A stretch of 64,000 bases of DNA, taken from positions 2,356,001 through 2,420,000 of the forward strand of contig JAGIQG010000043.1 of assembly GCA_024679065.1 (NCBI GenBank), read 5' to 3'. The notes under the pieces are model-generated. The model had not been told where the DNA came from, did not search any database, and saw only the letters and a list, made by a program, of their open reading frames with translations. This DNA comes from Sphyrna mokarran (lineage: Eukaryota). Each line of letters opens with the position of its first letter. Position 1 is the first letter of the stretch. Positions 38,101 through 53,074 of the stretch are shown one piece after another. The position numbers and the translations under genes are program-made.

Positions 38101-39878
38101 GGTGGGTGGGGATATGGAACGCGCTGCCAAATAAAGTGGTGGAAGCAGGCACTCTGAGTTATTTAAGAGATACTTAGATGGACACATGAACAGAATGGGA
38201 ATGGAGGGATATAGAAAACTGATTTGAAATAGGGATCATGAGCCTTGGGAGCCCCTGGGAAATGTGTAAATAGTCGATGATATTGATGTATTTGTTTTTA
38301 TCCTACAGGTACTTTGGTCCGCCTTGTTGTCTAACAAGGGGCATACACGCGAATGGTCGTGAGAGGGCTGCTCTTGGATTTTTTTCGAGAGTATCCTAGT
38401 GCTTCACGTCGTTAGTGTACGCTTGACCTGGACCATTTGATGGGCAACACGACAGCTCAGTGACTATCGCTGTGTTGTGCAGATACATGGATTTGGGCCT
38501 GTGTCTGTGGGAGTTTGCACATTCTCCCCGTGCTTGCGTGAGCTTCCTCCGGGTGCTCCGGTTTCATCCCACATCCCAAAGAAGCGCTCTTAGGCTGATT
38601 GGCAGAACAAATTCACCCTAAATTATCTCAAATTTGGTTCCAATGCATAGATCTATAAAGATAGGCAGGGTTCGTGGGTAGAAGTGGGAACAACGAGGTG
38701 AGGGCGTGGGCTCATTGGGCCGAAGGGCCTGTTTCCCGTGCTGTTTTGTTCTTTGTTCTTTGTTCTCTTTCTAAAAACGAACACAAAACAAAGCTTGTGA
38801 TGGCTTCATTTTACTTCTATATAATAAAATGTGTCTTTATTTGAACCCTACTTGTCACATCCATTTGTTCACTGCACTGTGTTTTTGAAGACGTCATATT
38901 TTTGAACAGCCAATTTTTTCCTAAACCCTACTCTCCTTTTCTTAATTTTCCTCCCTAACTTCCCTTTATTTCAGAGGGTATTTGATAGTAAACCAGGTGG
39001 CTGTGGGAGTAGAAACACATGTCGGCCATCCCAGGTGAGAATGACAGATTTCCTTCCGAAGCCAGTTGGATATTATGACAATGTACAATGGTTTAATGGT
39101 CATCATTAGACTTTTAAGCTCTGATTTTTATTGAACCGAAGATCCCTGTTGAGGCTGTCCTCGTGCATTGGGAGCTTGGCTATGAGTTTGTGCTCGGCGA
39201 GTGTGCCTTTTCTTCTGTCTTGAAGACCACCTTGGAGAACGCTTATCCATCACTATACCTCTCTCCACACGCATTGTCTGTACTTATAAAGACCTGTAAA
39301 GACTGGCATTCCAACCATTATCTTGCAATTGTGTCTCTGTCTATATAGGCCGTGCTTGTGAACCCACCTTCTCGCTCACTTGAGAAAGGAGTAGTGCTTC
39401 AAAAGCTCGTGATTCCAAATAAGTCTGCTGGACACTAACCTGGTGTCGTGAGGTTTCTTACTATCGCGTCATACAATAATGTAAATTCATTTCAATGACA
39501 GCATTTTTATCATTGTATTATGCAATTACCAAAATGATAGAATGCAATCTTTATGGAGTTTTGCAATTTTTTTCCCTTTTATAATTCAGATGTCCAAAAC
39601 TGTGCGGGTTAGGTTAATCAGCAATGCTAAGAAATTGCCCCTTAGTGTCCAGGGATGCGTAGGTTCGAAGATTAGCGGATATAACATGTAGGGATATGGG
39701 GGTAGGGCTTGGGTGGGATTGTGTTCGGTGCAGATTCGATGGGCAAAAGGACCTCGTTCTGCACTGTACTCTTCTATGATTCTATGTTACTAATTCTAAG
39801 TTTGTGAGGCTTTACAAGAGAGCTTCCAGTTACCGGTGAAGGGTTTCCCTGCACCTGGTTACACTGCACAGGACTCAC

Positions 39879-42682
39879 GTCTGTCTAATTGTTTAGTCTT
39901 CAATCAAGAGGAACAACCAAATTTGGTTCAAATAGAACATTTGTAGTTTCAGCTATTTTGTAAGTTCCATCTCCCAGACAAAATGTGTTGCCGATTTAAT
40001 GGGTCTCCCATTTGATTGTCCCATTCTTGTTAATATGAACTTTGATTATATTTTAAATATAAATGCTGGATAAACTCAGCAGCTTTGGCAGATCCGTGGA
40101 GACAGAAACGCAGTTTCACAGACATTCTCTCCCTCCACCATGACGCTCAGTGTACACCAATAATTCACCAACGATCCTTCGACGGCACCTTCCAAACTCA
40201 CGACCAGTACTTTGTCGAAGGACAAGAGCAGCTTATGTATGAGAACACCACCATCTGCATGCTCCCCTTCGAGCCACTCACCATCCTGTATAATTAAAAG
40301 CCGTTGTTATAAAAAAGCCCGTCTTGAAAAATGACTTGGAAATATATTGGCCAACATCCTGGAATTCTCTCCGTAACGGCCTTTTTGTCAACCCATAGTA
40401 GGTAGACTGAAGTCTTTCAAGAAGGCAGCTCGCTTCATTAGGGCAACTAAGGACGGGGAATGAATTCTGGCCATGCAGCGATCCCCATATCGAATTTTAA
40501 AAAATGAACATTTTAGATTCATGTGAGTTGTGCAGAATTTGAACTTCCGAGATGTCTCGGTTTCTGAGAACCGAGTTTCTCAGTTTCTCAGTTTTTGAGA
40601 AACTGAGAAACACATCTCAGTTTCGCATGAAGATACCGGTGTTAAAAAGGGATACATTGCGAGAGCACGTTACACAGAGTAATCCTATTCCTTCCAGCAG
40701 ATAAGATTATGAGATGGTCTAATCGCCGTGTTTAAATTTGAAAAATAATTTGATGGGTTAATGGAGGGAAACTTTTTCCTCTGACGGGGGTGGAGTAGGG
40801 AGTGGGTCCATAACATGGTTTCCACATTCTATGCTATTTCTGGGAAAGGTATTTCTCTTGAAATTAACATTGGATCCATTAGGGAATAATAGGTGCTGGT
40901 AGTCCAATGCTGTTGTGTCCCTTCACTTTCTATACGTATGCCCTTTTGAATCTTTCATACCTTCCAAGATCCAAGATCTATTTCAGGTCACCCACCAACG
41001 CCACCCCCCCCCCCCCCCCCCGCCCCATCGCCCAGTCGAATATTTTGTACTTTAAAGAACAAAGAACAACACAATACAGCATGGGAAACAGGCCCTTCGG
41101 CCCAACGAGCCCGCGCCGCCATTTTAACATTGAGAGTGCCCTCTTCTTCCTATGACCTTTGTCTACGCTTACTGGACTCCACAATAAAGAAATCATAACC
41201 AGATTGAGGGAAGACTAATTTAGGGACAATTTGCTCATGCTGAATTTTAATATCATAACATTACATCACTACATCAATAATATCAATCTAATCAAATTGT
41301 TCCCCACAGTTAAACGTTACCCATCACTTCTATGCAGATATCCCGTAACCTGGCAATCCAAATTCAATGAACACATTTGAACGTTTGGACTCACAAACGC
41401 TTAATTTTGGAAACATGTTGTAACGTATTGGTTCTTTGGATGCTCTCCTTCCTGCTCAAATCCCAATGAAAATGCATAACACATTTAAAAATATTACATA
41501 AGATAGGAACATGCATATCGAGGCTCTGCAGTAATCAGATAGGAACAAATGTCAGAGTTCTCTTACATGGTGCAGGTTCCATCAGGCGTTAAGAAAACCC
41601 AGTAGGCGATAAGCCGTGCTACTTTACTTCTTGTTATTGATAACGCAGCCAGAAACGAAATTTGACATGGCAATCCTTTGGGCAGACTCCACCAACGCCC
41701 CTGCTTTCTAAGGAGGCTAAGGAAATTCGGCAAGTCCGCTTTGACTCTAATCCAATGTTAATGATGCAGCAGAATGAAGCATCTTTTCTGGATGGTTCAC
41801 ATCTAGGTCTGGCTCCTGTTCCTACCAAGATCGCAAGACACTACTACCAAAGGTTATATATTAAGCCCAGTCCAATGCACAAAGCAACATCTTTTCCAAG
41901 GCAGCGGAAGACACTTTTCCAAGACACTTTCTGCTGGTATGGAAAAGCAGCCAGCAGAAGCAAAGATCCTTCGTACCCTGGACATACACTTTTCTACCTC
42001 CTTCTGTCGGAAAAAAAAGATACAAATGTTTGACGTCACCGACCAAGAACAGTTTCTTCCCTGCTGCCGTCAAACTTTTGACCTCTATTATATTAAGTTC
42101 ATCTTTCCCTGCACCTCAGCTACGACTGTAACATTACACTGTGCTCTGTCCTTTCTTTCTCTATAAAGGGTATGCTTTGGCTGCATAGCGTCCAAGAAAT
42201 AATCATTTTCACTGTATACAAATACATATGACAGTAATAAATCAAATCAAACATTTAGGCTTACTTCAAATGAAGAGGAAACAGATGAAACGATCTTAAC
42301 TGCATCATATCCCGGAAACAAATCGTGAGATCTCAGTTGTAGATGCTACCGATGCCGCCGTTTATACCAATAGATAACTCCCCCATGCCAACCAGCCCAT
42401 GTGACAATGCACCTTGTCTGTTCATCCAAGCGACAGAGTGCGGATTGCTGGGGTCTGTGGCAAAACTGTGTGAGATACAACACCTGAAAGAGACAAGGTT
42501 ATCGCTACCTGTTCTGCTACAGCAGGAAAGAGAACATTACTCCTCTGAAGAATGAGCAACAACAAAATATAACATACATTTCATCAACAAATCACACTGA
42601 GTTCAAATGCTGATCGTTGGATTTGAACCAATAACCCGTGCAAGAGGTGAACAAGAACAATGCACAAGCATTGAAGGGTTAT
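39879..42682 (-). pseudogene. Decayed leader-V-C1-C1-like Ig-superfamily pseudogene (right arm)
   Basis: Mirror of 18917-21740: leader about 42637-42682, V about 42339-42483, C1 about 41299-41451, second C1 about 39879-40051. Confidence 0.6.
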
Positions 42683-44406
42683 ACGTTTCGCTATTTGCAG
42701 CACAACAGTTGCGATTGCAAAGTTGGAAAGGAAAAAAAAAATAGAGCGAGGGCCAATGTGATACTGACCCACCTAATAGATCATAGAATCCTATAGTGCA
42801 GAAAGAGGCACTTCGGCCCATTGAGTCTGCACCGAACACAATCCCACCCAGGCTCTACCCCCATGTATTATAACCACTAATTCTCTAACCTACACATCAC
42901 AAGACACTAAGGGGCAATTTGTCAGTATGGCCAATCAACCTAACCTGCACATCTTTGGACTGTGGGAGTAAACCGGAGTACCGGGAGGCAACCCACGCTG
43001 ATACGAGGAGATCGTGCAAACTCCACACAGGCAGTGACCCGGGCTGGGCATCGAACCCAGAACTTTGGAGCTGTATAGGCAGCAATGCTAACCACTGAGC
43101 TACCACACTGCTTCAAGTCATGGATTTGTTTTGGGGAAATAACCCACTTGAAAATCCGTGGAAAACAAGCGACAACACATTACCCCCTGCCATCATCACC
43201 CTCTCACTTCACAACCCACCCTCACACCACCCAAACCCAACCACCCTCTTGCGTTTATTGGCCGTACTAAATTGTCCCTTTGCGTGCAAAGATGCGTTAG
43301 TTAGATGGATTGGCTGAGGGAAATTGCCCCTATCTGCCCACAAATGGCTAGATTAAGTGGATGGTCCCTTAATGTCCAAAGACATGCGATTAGATACAGA
43401 TATGGAGATGGCACCTGGGTGGAATTGTTGTCAGTGTCCATTGGGTCGAATGGCCTCCTTTTGCTCTGTAGGGATTCTACGATTATATAATTCTACTGAT
43501 TGGTGCCTGAGGATCTTTTACCTCCCAAAAGAGCAGAATGACTGTTTCTGTTGACCATCTCTTCTGAGATATTGGAGAATAGAGACACGTGAGTGATTTG
43601 GAAGAATTAATTCCTTCAACAGAAAATTATTGTTAGTGTCATAATTAGGCTTGCATTTATACTGCAAATGAAGTTACTGTGAAAATCCCTTAGATCTTTT
43701 ATCGTATTAGCATTTCCTGTTTGATCCGTGTTTTCTTCTCTCATGAGACCTGAGATTACAATTTTCTCCATCTGACCCTTTCATTGATCTAATAGTATTG
43801 CAACCACTTCCAATACTGAAGGTGGCGCTTTTCGCAGCCATTTTTTCCGCACCAGTTAACTCTGATCAACACTAGCACAGCACTTCAGGCGGTGCTGTTG
43901 GCAAATACCACGTCCACATGAGGTGGCTCTGTTCACAGTCACTCCCAATTTAATGGTTTCTCTCAAAGCGTCACTGCATCTACAGTTGGTGAATGTGTTC
44001 TGGCTCTTTATTTCGGCTTTACTCTCGCTCTTCACTGTCATTCTCTCCACAGAAGCTGAACGGATACATCAAATCCCTTTTACCATTTCCCCCTTTCCGG
44101 GATAAAATAAAATCTCCACACTCTTCATACAACAAATGATTCCATTCCTAGTGCCAAGATAGCAAATCGCTTCTGGGCACTTTGAACCCAGTCCTGAGAG
44201 CTGTGAAACAATAGTGCTAACCACGATGCTACTGTGCCGTGCCATCCTCCCTCTTTTTCCTTGACATATTTGTTACTCTTACCAATCAAAAATCAATCTG
44301 TTAAATACACTCAGTGACCTGACTTCCACAGTTTTCAGCGGCAATGAATTTCACAGATTCGTCACACTCTGGCTGAAGACATTGGTCCTCATCTCAGATC
44401 TTAAGA

Positions 44407-45558
44407 TAGATGGCAAATGGAATTTAATCCAGATAAATGCGAGGTGATGCATTTTGGCCGGAAAAATGTAGCAGGGGGTTATAGGACAAAAAGTAAAACT
44501 GTCCGGAGTATAGAGATGCAGAGAGACCTGGGGGTGCAGGTTCACAAGTCTCTAAAGGTGTCAGTACAGGTGGAGAATGTGATAAAGAAAGCATATGGTA
44601 TGTTAACCTTCATAGGAAGAGGTATAGAATACAAGAGTAGGAGTCTAATGTTGCAAGTGTATAGAACGTTAGTTAGGCCTCACATGGAGTACTGCATCCA
44701 GTTCTGGTCGCCTTACTACCGGAAGGATGTGGAGGCCCTGGAGAGAGTGCAGAGGAGATTTACCAGGATGCTGCCTGGTATGGAAAGACTGTCTTACGAG
44801 GAAAGATTGAACGCATTGGGGTTGTTTTCCCTTGAAAGACGTTGGCTGAGAGGGGATCTATTAGAGGTATATAAGATTATGAGGGGTATGGATAGAGTAA
44901 ATGGTGGTAAGCTTTTTCCACCATTAGATTCGGATAGAACGAGTGGTCACGGCCTTAGGGTGACGGGGGCTATGTGTAAGACGAATATTAGAGGGCAGTT
45001 TTTCACACAAAGGGTAGTGGGGGTGTGGAATGCACCACCGAGTAAGGTGGTGGGAGCAGGCACGCTAGGGTTGTTTAAGGTTCTCTTGGACAGCCACATG
45101 AGCGGTCTGCAGATAGAGGGATATAGTAGGACTGTTTAAATATCCTATTTGTTTCCACAGGATGTTCGGTCCACCTTGTTGACCAACAAGGGCGTGCATG
45201 CGGCAGGTCGTGCGAGAGCTGCTCTTGGATGTTGCTTCAGGAGTGGCCTAGTGCTTCACGTCGTTAGTGTATGCTTATACTGGACCATCTGATGGGCACC
45301 ATGACAGCTCAGGGACTATCGCTATTGCTGTGCAGGCACATGGATTTGGGCCTGTGTTTGCGGGAGTTTGTGCGTTCTCCCCGTGGTTGCGTGGGTTTTC
45401 TCCGGGTGCTCCTGTTTCCTCCCACATCCCAAAAATGTGCTCTTAGGCTGATTGGGTAACAAATTGGTCCCTATATGTCATTAAGGCGTTAGGACGGCAG
45501 CGCGGGCTCGTTGGGCCGAAGGGCCTGTTTCCCATGCTGTGTTGTTCTTTGTTCTTTG
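44407..45558 (+). mobile_element. CR1 family B, 5'-truncated, TSD ttaaga
   Basis: ORF 44417-45139; TSD at 44401-44406 and 45559-45564. Confidence 0.95.
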
Positions 45559-48500
45559 TTAAGAATTGCCCCGTTACTCTGAGATGTGCCCTTGGATCCT
45601 AGTCATTGCTGCTAATGGAAATATCTTCTATACGTCCACTCGATCAAGGTGATTTAGTATTCTGCAAGTTCCAATGAGATCCCCCACCCTTCTAAACTCC
45701 ATTGAGTACAAAATCATGGTCCTCAAATGCTCCTCATATTGTCCGACAGATGTAACCGTCCAGGTCCCCAGGATCCCTGTAAATCTCGCCTATCCTATTT
45801 TCAATAAAGCCTCCTTCTGCAATGTACGGATTCTATGGATTTTAAACCTCCTCAATAAAGTTTTATCCTTCCAGTAATGAGGTGGCCTCAACTCCACACC
45901 GTATGCATGTTGTGGACACCTGAGTGAACCACATTCAGCTCACCCTCAGAACGCCCACTCAGGCCGCTTTTTCGCTCAGACCTCGCACTCGGGTCCCCTT
46001 CTCCCTCAGACCCACAACACAGTACCCTTTTCCCTCACTCCTTCCAGTTCATTCCCGTCCCTGCTCAGACTTCCTACTCAACCTTCTTCTGGTTATGCGT
46101 CTTGGCACCACTGCTCCAGGGAGGTCACTGGATTCTTGGCACGGCTGTCACCAGCCACTATGCACTAGCATTGATACAATCACCTAAATAGGAAACGTTA
46201 GCATTTAGGAATCTGGGACACTTGCTGCATATCAGGTGGAAAACGACAAAGAAAGAGAAAGAAAAGAAAAACGCAAAACAGGCCCTTCGGCCTTCCAAGC
46301 CTGCGTGAATCACCGATGTAGAACAACCACCTCTATTCTTTGACTACCATCCTGTTGANNNNNNNNNNNNNNNNNNNNNNNNNNNNNNNNNNNNNNNNNN
46401 NNNNNNNNNNNNNNNNNNNNNNNNNNNNNNNNNNNNNNNNNNNNNNNNNNNNNNNNNNNNNNNNNNNNNNNNNNNNNNNNNNNNNNNNNNNNNNNNNNNN
46501 NNNNNNNNNNNNNNNNNNNNNNNGAGAGAGAAACAGGGAGAGGAATCGTGTGTGAGAGAGAGAGACTTTGTGAGCGAGAGAGAAAGGGACACGGTGACTG
46601 AGTGAGAGCGAGAGAGGCAGAAAGACAGAGAGAGAGATGGTGAAAGAGAGTTTTGAATCCTACCAGTCATTGAACTCCAACGTCTTCCCTTATTCCAATG
46701 TGATTTAATCGTTGGAGGGAGGTCAATTTTCAGCATTCCCTCACTGCACACATGTATTACAGTAGTTGCTATGCACAGTATCCAAGTTGTACGGTGAGGC
46801 CTTTGCCCCTTGTCTTCCCTAATTGTACCATGCCCTCCTGTCCCCATCATTCCTGCCATCACAGCATCTATAGAAACCTTCTGGATTTGTGGAATGTGGC
46901 GAAAACCAAAATAGTCCTTCAGTCAGAGGTGTGAATCTCCGGGGAATTTGGGCTGCAGTGAGTGAGTGACACTGGCATTGTTTAGAATCTGAATTTCCAG
47001 CACAATCTTTGCTAAGTCTGAGCAAATTTCCTGGGGCGTTAATGTTATACAGTGAAATCTGAATATGAAAGGAAAGAACAGCTAGCATGACGGGATAGCA
47101 AGCATCGTTCTGTTTGCAGCTTCCCCTGTGTCTCAGGACTGCAGCAGGTTTTAATATGGATTACTTGGAAACATTTCTTCCAGCTGCTGCTGGGGATCGT
47201 GACCCTTGCGTGAAATCACCCTTCCTATTCCTCTCCCTGATTTGGTGCGGGACTGTGAATGAAGGGAGTTCCAGGAGGTGATCCAACATCCAACACAGAG
47301 TTAGAATTTGATCGCTGTGGCTGTAGTTTTCCTTTAAAAATGTTTTTTTTTTAATTTAAATCATGATCTCTGCAGATCCCACAGTTAGTTTTTCTCAGCT
47401 CATAGCCTTATATGATGTCATTGGTAAGAGGAGAAAAAAAGTGTGCCAATCAGGTGAGAAGGTTTGGTTTTAAATTGTTTTGGCCGCTGTGTTATAAGCA
47501 TAGCCAAATGAAGTCTCTCTGTCTTCTGTTTTATTTTATTTATTGGTCAATAGAAACATTTGATGCAGCGTTATTACCGAAGAAAAATTGATTTTATTTA
47601 CATAAAGGAATTTTCAAACAATTAAGAATCGCATCAGTAACTGGAGTTACAGAATATGCCATTGAAGATTAAGAAAAAAACAAGGAATTACTTAGTCTGT
47701 TACTTCACACTTGTATGGCCTTAATACTGTAAAATATCTTTCACAAAGCTGATGAAACTCGTTATACATTTGACAAAATGAGCCAGTCTTTCTAATCTGT
47801 GGCCAGTATGCGAGGAACATTCAGCAGTTTGACGGGGATGTACTTGCTCCCATGTTGATTTCCACAGGGCAGAACATATATCAGCAATTCCAGTCTCCTG
47901 TATTTTGAGACTGGATCACAGACAAAACACCCCGATTCTCGTTTCCGGATCTTCTTTTTTGACCTTTTTTCCAATACAGCCAATTCCAGAGAGGTGTAGA
48001 GAGGTCCACCCTGAGACTGGGAAATACATTAAATAGAAATGATCGAAGTGGTTAAAATAAAGGATTGTTTCCCAAAATTTATTTCAATGTATTTATTACA
48101 GGGGGTTCATTGTACTCACCTGTATTCGACGCTGCGTTTTCAAGTTTGCCTCTTGTTCACCGCGATCCCTTGTGATTTAAGGGTTAAACTATGAATTTAA
48201 ATGTCACCCGAACTATAGAATCTGTAAGTACATAGAAACATCGCGCGCCAGTGACCACCTGTATATCAACAGTTTAAAGTGTGTTTTACAGAATCAGAAG
48301 TAGGCTTACATTAACTCTGGAAAGATGTTCCTATAAAAATCTCTCCCTCGCCACATCTCAGTGCTTGTTTTCCTGCACTGAGAGAGAATTTAGCATTGCC
48401 AACTCACCTAAGTAGCACCTCGTTTGGACACGCACACACACAGGGAAAACATGCAGACTCGGCCTAGACAGCTACCCAAGCTAGGAATCGAACAAAGGTC

Positions 48501-49496
48501 CCTGATTTTGCGGGAGAGCAGTGCTAAGTACTGTGCCACCGTGCCGCTGCTTTAGTTTGCTAGGCTACAATCATTAACACACAGCCCACTGAAATTTCGC
48601 CAACGTCACAAATGCTCCACAATTCTTCAGAGGCAATTAGATATGACATTGTAGGTGAAGAGACCAAAGGATGTGGTGAGAAGGCGCTATCAGGCTATTG
48701 AATTGGGTGATCATCCATGATCATGATGAATGTCGAAGCAGCAGCAAAGGATAGATTGGTATCTTCCTGCTCCTATTTTGAATGTTTCTATGTTAAGTGG
48801 CCAATGGATGAATGAGGAAAATCTCACGCCATTATCTGTCGCTTACTGTCCACCACAGGGCGGCACGTTGCACAGTGGTTAGCACTGCTGCTTCAGAGCT
48901 CGGGAACCTGGGTTCGATTCCTGCCTTGGTCAATACCCGTGGAGAGGTTGCACATTCCCCTCGCGTCTGCGTGAGTTTCCTCTGGGTGTTCCGGTTTGCT
49001 CGCACAGTCCAAAGGTGTGCAGATTAGGTTGATTGGCCGTGCTAAAATTAGCCCTGAGTGTCCTGAGATGCGTGTGTTAGAGGGGTTAACCAGTGTATAT
49101 TGGGGTAGGAGCTGGGTGGAATTATGTTCAGTACAGACTCGGTGGGCCACATGACCTCTTTCTTTACTGTAGATTTTCTATCATCTGCGTTAATATCAAC
49201 AAATCCCCCTTTATGAAACCAAGCACTGCAAGCCTCGATGATATGTTTTTGTTTGGCAAAGCTTAAATTTGATGCGGGAAAAGAATACGAAAAGAATGTT
49301 ATATTGGGCCTATCATATCTCAGATGCTGCACATTGTTGAAAGTAGGATTGTCCAATGATCTTATATAATTCATAGAAAATATAGGCAGACAGCCTGGAA
49401 TCAGTTTTCGGATTGAGGTAAGTCTGACAAAATATAAGACAGAGAAACAGAGGACAATGAACAATGTTGAACTTTTAACATTGTTCTCTTACTCAC

Positions 49497-49732
49497 GTGT
49501 CACTTGGAGATCCTATATGTCTGTCGTCTAAAATAGAAGAACATACAATTAGCTAATTAAAATCTGCAAAGAAAAAATCATATTGAGGAAAAAGATATTA
49601 AATTTTCTCAGGTAATCATTAATCCTCACCTGATCTACCATTTTGTACAACTCCAAATGAAAACAAAGACCGACAGTTGAATCAACATGACTAGGACACG
49701 AATTCCAAAAGAAACTACCTGCCTGCACGATT
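49497..49732 (-). CDS. Two candidate cytoplasmic micro-exons of the VJ-C1 gene (49719-49732 and 49497-49527; mirrors 11907-11920 and 12112-12142)
   Basis: Strong pyrimidine tracts and canonical sites: ttcttctctttag|AATCGTGCAGGCAG|gtagtt and ttctattttag|ACGACAGAC...GACAC|gtgagt. Same strand as the gene. No protein homology support. Confidence 0.3.
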
Positions 49733-52288
49733 CTAAAGAGAAGAAAAGAACATTTAGAAAATGTCATCGATCATATCATTCTTTTCCGGGGTTCTCTGAC
49801 CAAGTTGAAAATGCAGGGTCACCAAAATAGGGGGGGGTGAACGTGGAAAATGAAACATAGCTGGTGGGATGGAGAGTGGAGATTGAAAACACAGAATGGA
49901 ATTGATGAGACAATATTTGCTTGTGGAGATCAATTAAATGACAGCACTGTCAGAGTTTTCCTAAATTCAGTGTATCAGATTGTATTAGACCATAAGATCA
50001 GGAGACACAAGATCAGAATTAGGTCTCTCGGCCTATGATTCTGCACCTCCATTCCCTTATAGCTGATATGTTTCTCACCCCCATTCTCCTGCCTTTTCCC
50101 CATAACCCCGATTCCCTTATTAATCAAGAAAACATCTATCTTTGTCTTAAAGATACTCAATGACCTGGTTTCTTCAGCATTCTGTGGCAAAGAGTTCCAC
50201 TGATCCGCCACTCTCTGCTGATTCCTCCTCATCTCTGTTTTAGAGGATCCCAATACATGAGACAATAATAAATCAAATCAAGTCATAGAGTCATAGAATC
50301 ATTGAGTTTACAGTATGGAAACAGGCCCTTCGGCCCAATTTTTCCATAGTACCCTTTTTTTCAAATCCTTAAGCTCGTCTCAGTTGCCCGCATGTGGCCC
50401 ATCTCCCTCTATACTCATCCTATGCATGTAAATACCTGAATGTTTTTTTCAAAGGTAAAATTCCAACCCCCCCCCCCAATACTACTTCTGGTAGCTTGTT
50501 CGAAGCAATCATCACCCTCTGTTTGAAAAAAATGCCCCCCTGGATGCTGCTGTATCTCTGCCCTATCACCTTAAACCATCAAGTTATAGACCCCCCAATC
50601 TTTGGGGAAAGGTGTTGACTATTTACCTTGTCTGTGCCGCTTAATATTTAATAAACCTCTACAAGGTGAGCCCTCAGCCCCCCTACGCTCCAGTAAAAAA
50701 AAAGCCCCAGTCTATTCAGCATCTCCTTATGACTCAATCCATCATGTCTCAGTAGCATCCTAGTAACTCTTTTCTGCACTCTCTCTAGTTTAAGTCTATG
50801 TACTCTAAGAACAATGTGCTTGACCTTTATTGCGTGCAGGAAGCAATGCTTATCACAGCATCCCCAATGCATGTGACAATAATAAATCACATCAAATCTA
50901 TGTATTCTTTATCTTTCAAACGTGCAAGAAACAACACTTCCTACATTATCCCAATACATGTGACAATAATAAATCACATCAAGTCAAATCAAGTTAATGG
51001 GGACTGATATTTAACTGTCCTTCATGCCGCCATTGTTACTTTTGTCAATCTATTTAAATTGGTGCCCCCTGATTTTCCGCCTTTGTGAATCGATTCATCT
51101 TCGCTGCTCTCTCCAGCCAACTCAGGATTTTCACCACATTTCTCAAATCTCCTCTCAACCTTCAGCTATTTCAGGAAATCAACCCTTGCTATCCAGTTTA
51201 CTGAATTGCCTCATTGTTATGACCATTTAGTGAATAGTTTTTTTTCGCTGTCTTCATATTTATTATAAATTGCTTTACCAGTAACTGTAACTGTAAGATA
51301 GAATCAGAATTCTGCAAGATGTCACTGTTGATTTGATGTATTATTATTGTCATATCTATTGGGATGTAGTGAAACGTATTGTTTTTTGCACGCTAAACAT
51401 ACAATACATATATTTCCGAGCGTACATAGATTTGATTTGATGTGGTTTCATTTGTTCCTGTCACACTTACTGGGGTACAGTGAAAAAACATTCTTTCTTG
51501 CACGCTCCGCAAACAAGACATACCGTTCATAGACTACATAGGGGAGAAATAAATGTGAGGATGCAGAATATATTGCCCCCTTCATAGCTTGGGTGTAGTG
51601 AAAGGTCAGTTTGATATAAGGTAAAAGCAAAATACTGCGGATGCTGGAATCTGAAAGAGAAACATAAAATACTGGAAAATCTCAGCAGGTCTGACAGCGT
51701 CTGAGGGACAGACGAAAGTCGAGAGCTTGCAGATTTACTATCAAATACATCGGTTGGATTTAAAATCGGTTGCCAGACCTCTTACTGTGCGTCTGAGGGG
51801 ACAGAATAGAACGTTTCGAGTCTGAGCTTTGAAGAAGGGTCGTCTAGACTCGAAATGTTGGCTCAATTCTCCGCCCACACATGCCATCAGAACTTCTGAG
51901 ATTTTTCAGCATTTTCTGGTTTGATTTAAGGTCTGATTGCAGCAAGGGAGAAGCTGCTCTTCCGTCTGATGGTGCGTAAACTTTGGTATCTTTTCCCCGA
52001 TGAAAGAAGGTAGAAGAGATAATGTCCGGGCTGAGTGGAGTCCTTGATTATGTTGACAGCTTCTCTAAGGCAGTGAGAAGTGTAGATTTGCTTCGCTCCT
52101 TTTCGATTCCGTGACTCGATTTCGAATCTCTGGATCTTCTATACTTTCCTAACAGTCTGTCATCTGCAATGATTTGCAGGTGACAGCATAGTGGTACAAT
52201 GGTTCGCAGTGCTGTCTCACAGGGCCAGGGAGCCACGTTCGATTCCCGACTTGGGTGCCTGTCTGTGTGGGTTAACCTAAGTTCTTAC

Positions 52289-52369
52289 CTATTTTCTGGA
52301 ATATAAGGCGAAACGGGTAAGTGCGTATTAAACACGAACCTATCCTGGACAGGTGCAACTCAATGCAGT
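52289..52369 (-). CDS. Candidate post-C1 exon (connecting peptide or degenerate TM)
   Basis: tgtcag|81 nt|gtaaga, phase 1 to 1, in frame with C1: DCIELHLSRIGSCLIRTYPFRLIFQKI. Splice dinucleotides kept in the paralogue at 8277. Acceptor is weak. Confidence 0.35.
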
Positions 52370-53074
52370 CTGACATATTTTAACAATTGTTAAACGCATA
52401 CAAACGCTCAGATATATATCGATAAACAAACACTCAGATACTTATGTATAGAGAAACGCAGACAAACAGACTCACATATTTCTCTATATGCGTACATTTG
52501 CACAAACATATTTAGATATTTTCCATACATGCATAAAGACATACATGCTCAGATATATCTCGATACACGCAAATAGACACACATACGCTCAGATATTTAT
52601 TTATGCTCACACCTTGACATGCACTCGACTCAGATATTTACTTAGACAAGACATAGACACGCACATCAGATATTAATCTATAAGCACGTGCAAGCTCAGG
52701 TATATATCTATATATACACACTCATTGGAAACTCATACTCAGATATTTACCTATATACACATATTTAGATATATAACTACATGCACTGACGTTCAGTTAT
52801 ACACACACGTGTTGAAGTCTGAGATCATCTACCAACAGACTCAAGAACAACTTCTTCCCTGCTGCCATTAGGTTTTTGAATGGACCTACCTTATAACAGG
52901 CTAATCTTTCTCTAAACGCTATCAGTGACTGTAACACTACATACTGCACACCTTCCTTTCATTCTCCCCTATGGACCCGATGAAGGTCATGTTTTGTCTG
53001 TAGAGTACTCAAGAAACTGTACTTTTCACTGTAATGTAATGCATGTTCAATAATAAATCAAATGAAATGAAACA

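Larger units (their letters stand above)
30858..52271 (-). repeat. Right arm of the giant inverted repeat
   Basis: Reverse complement of 9372-30757 with sparse SNPs and indels. Confidence 0.98.
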
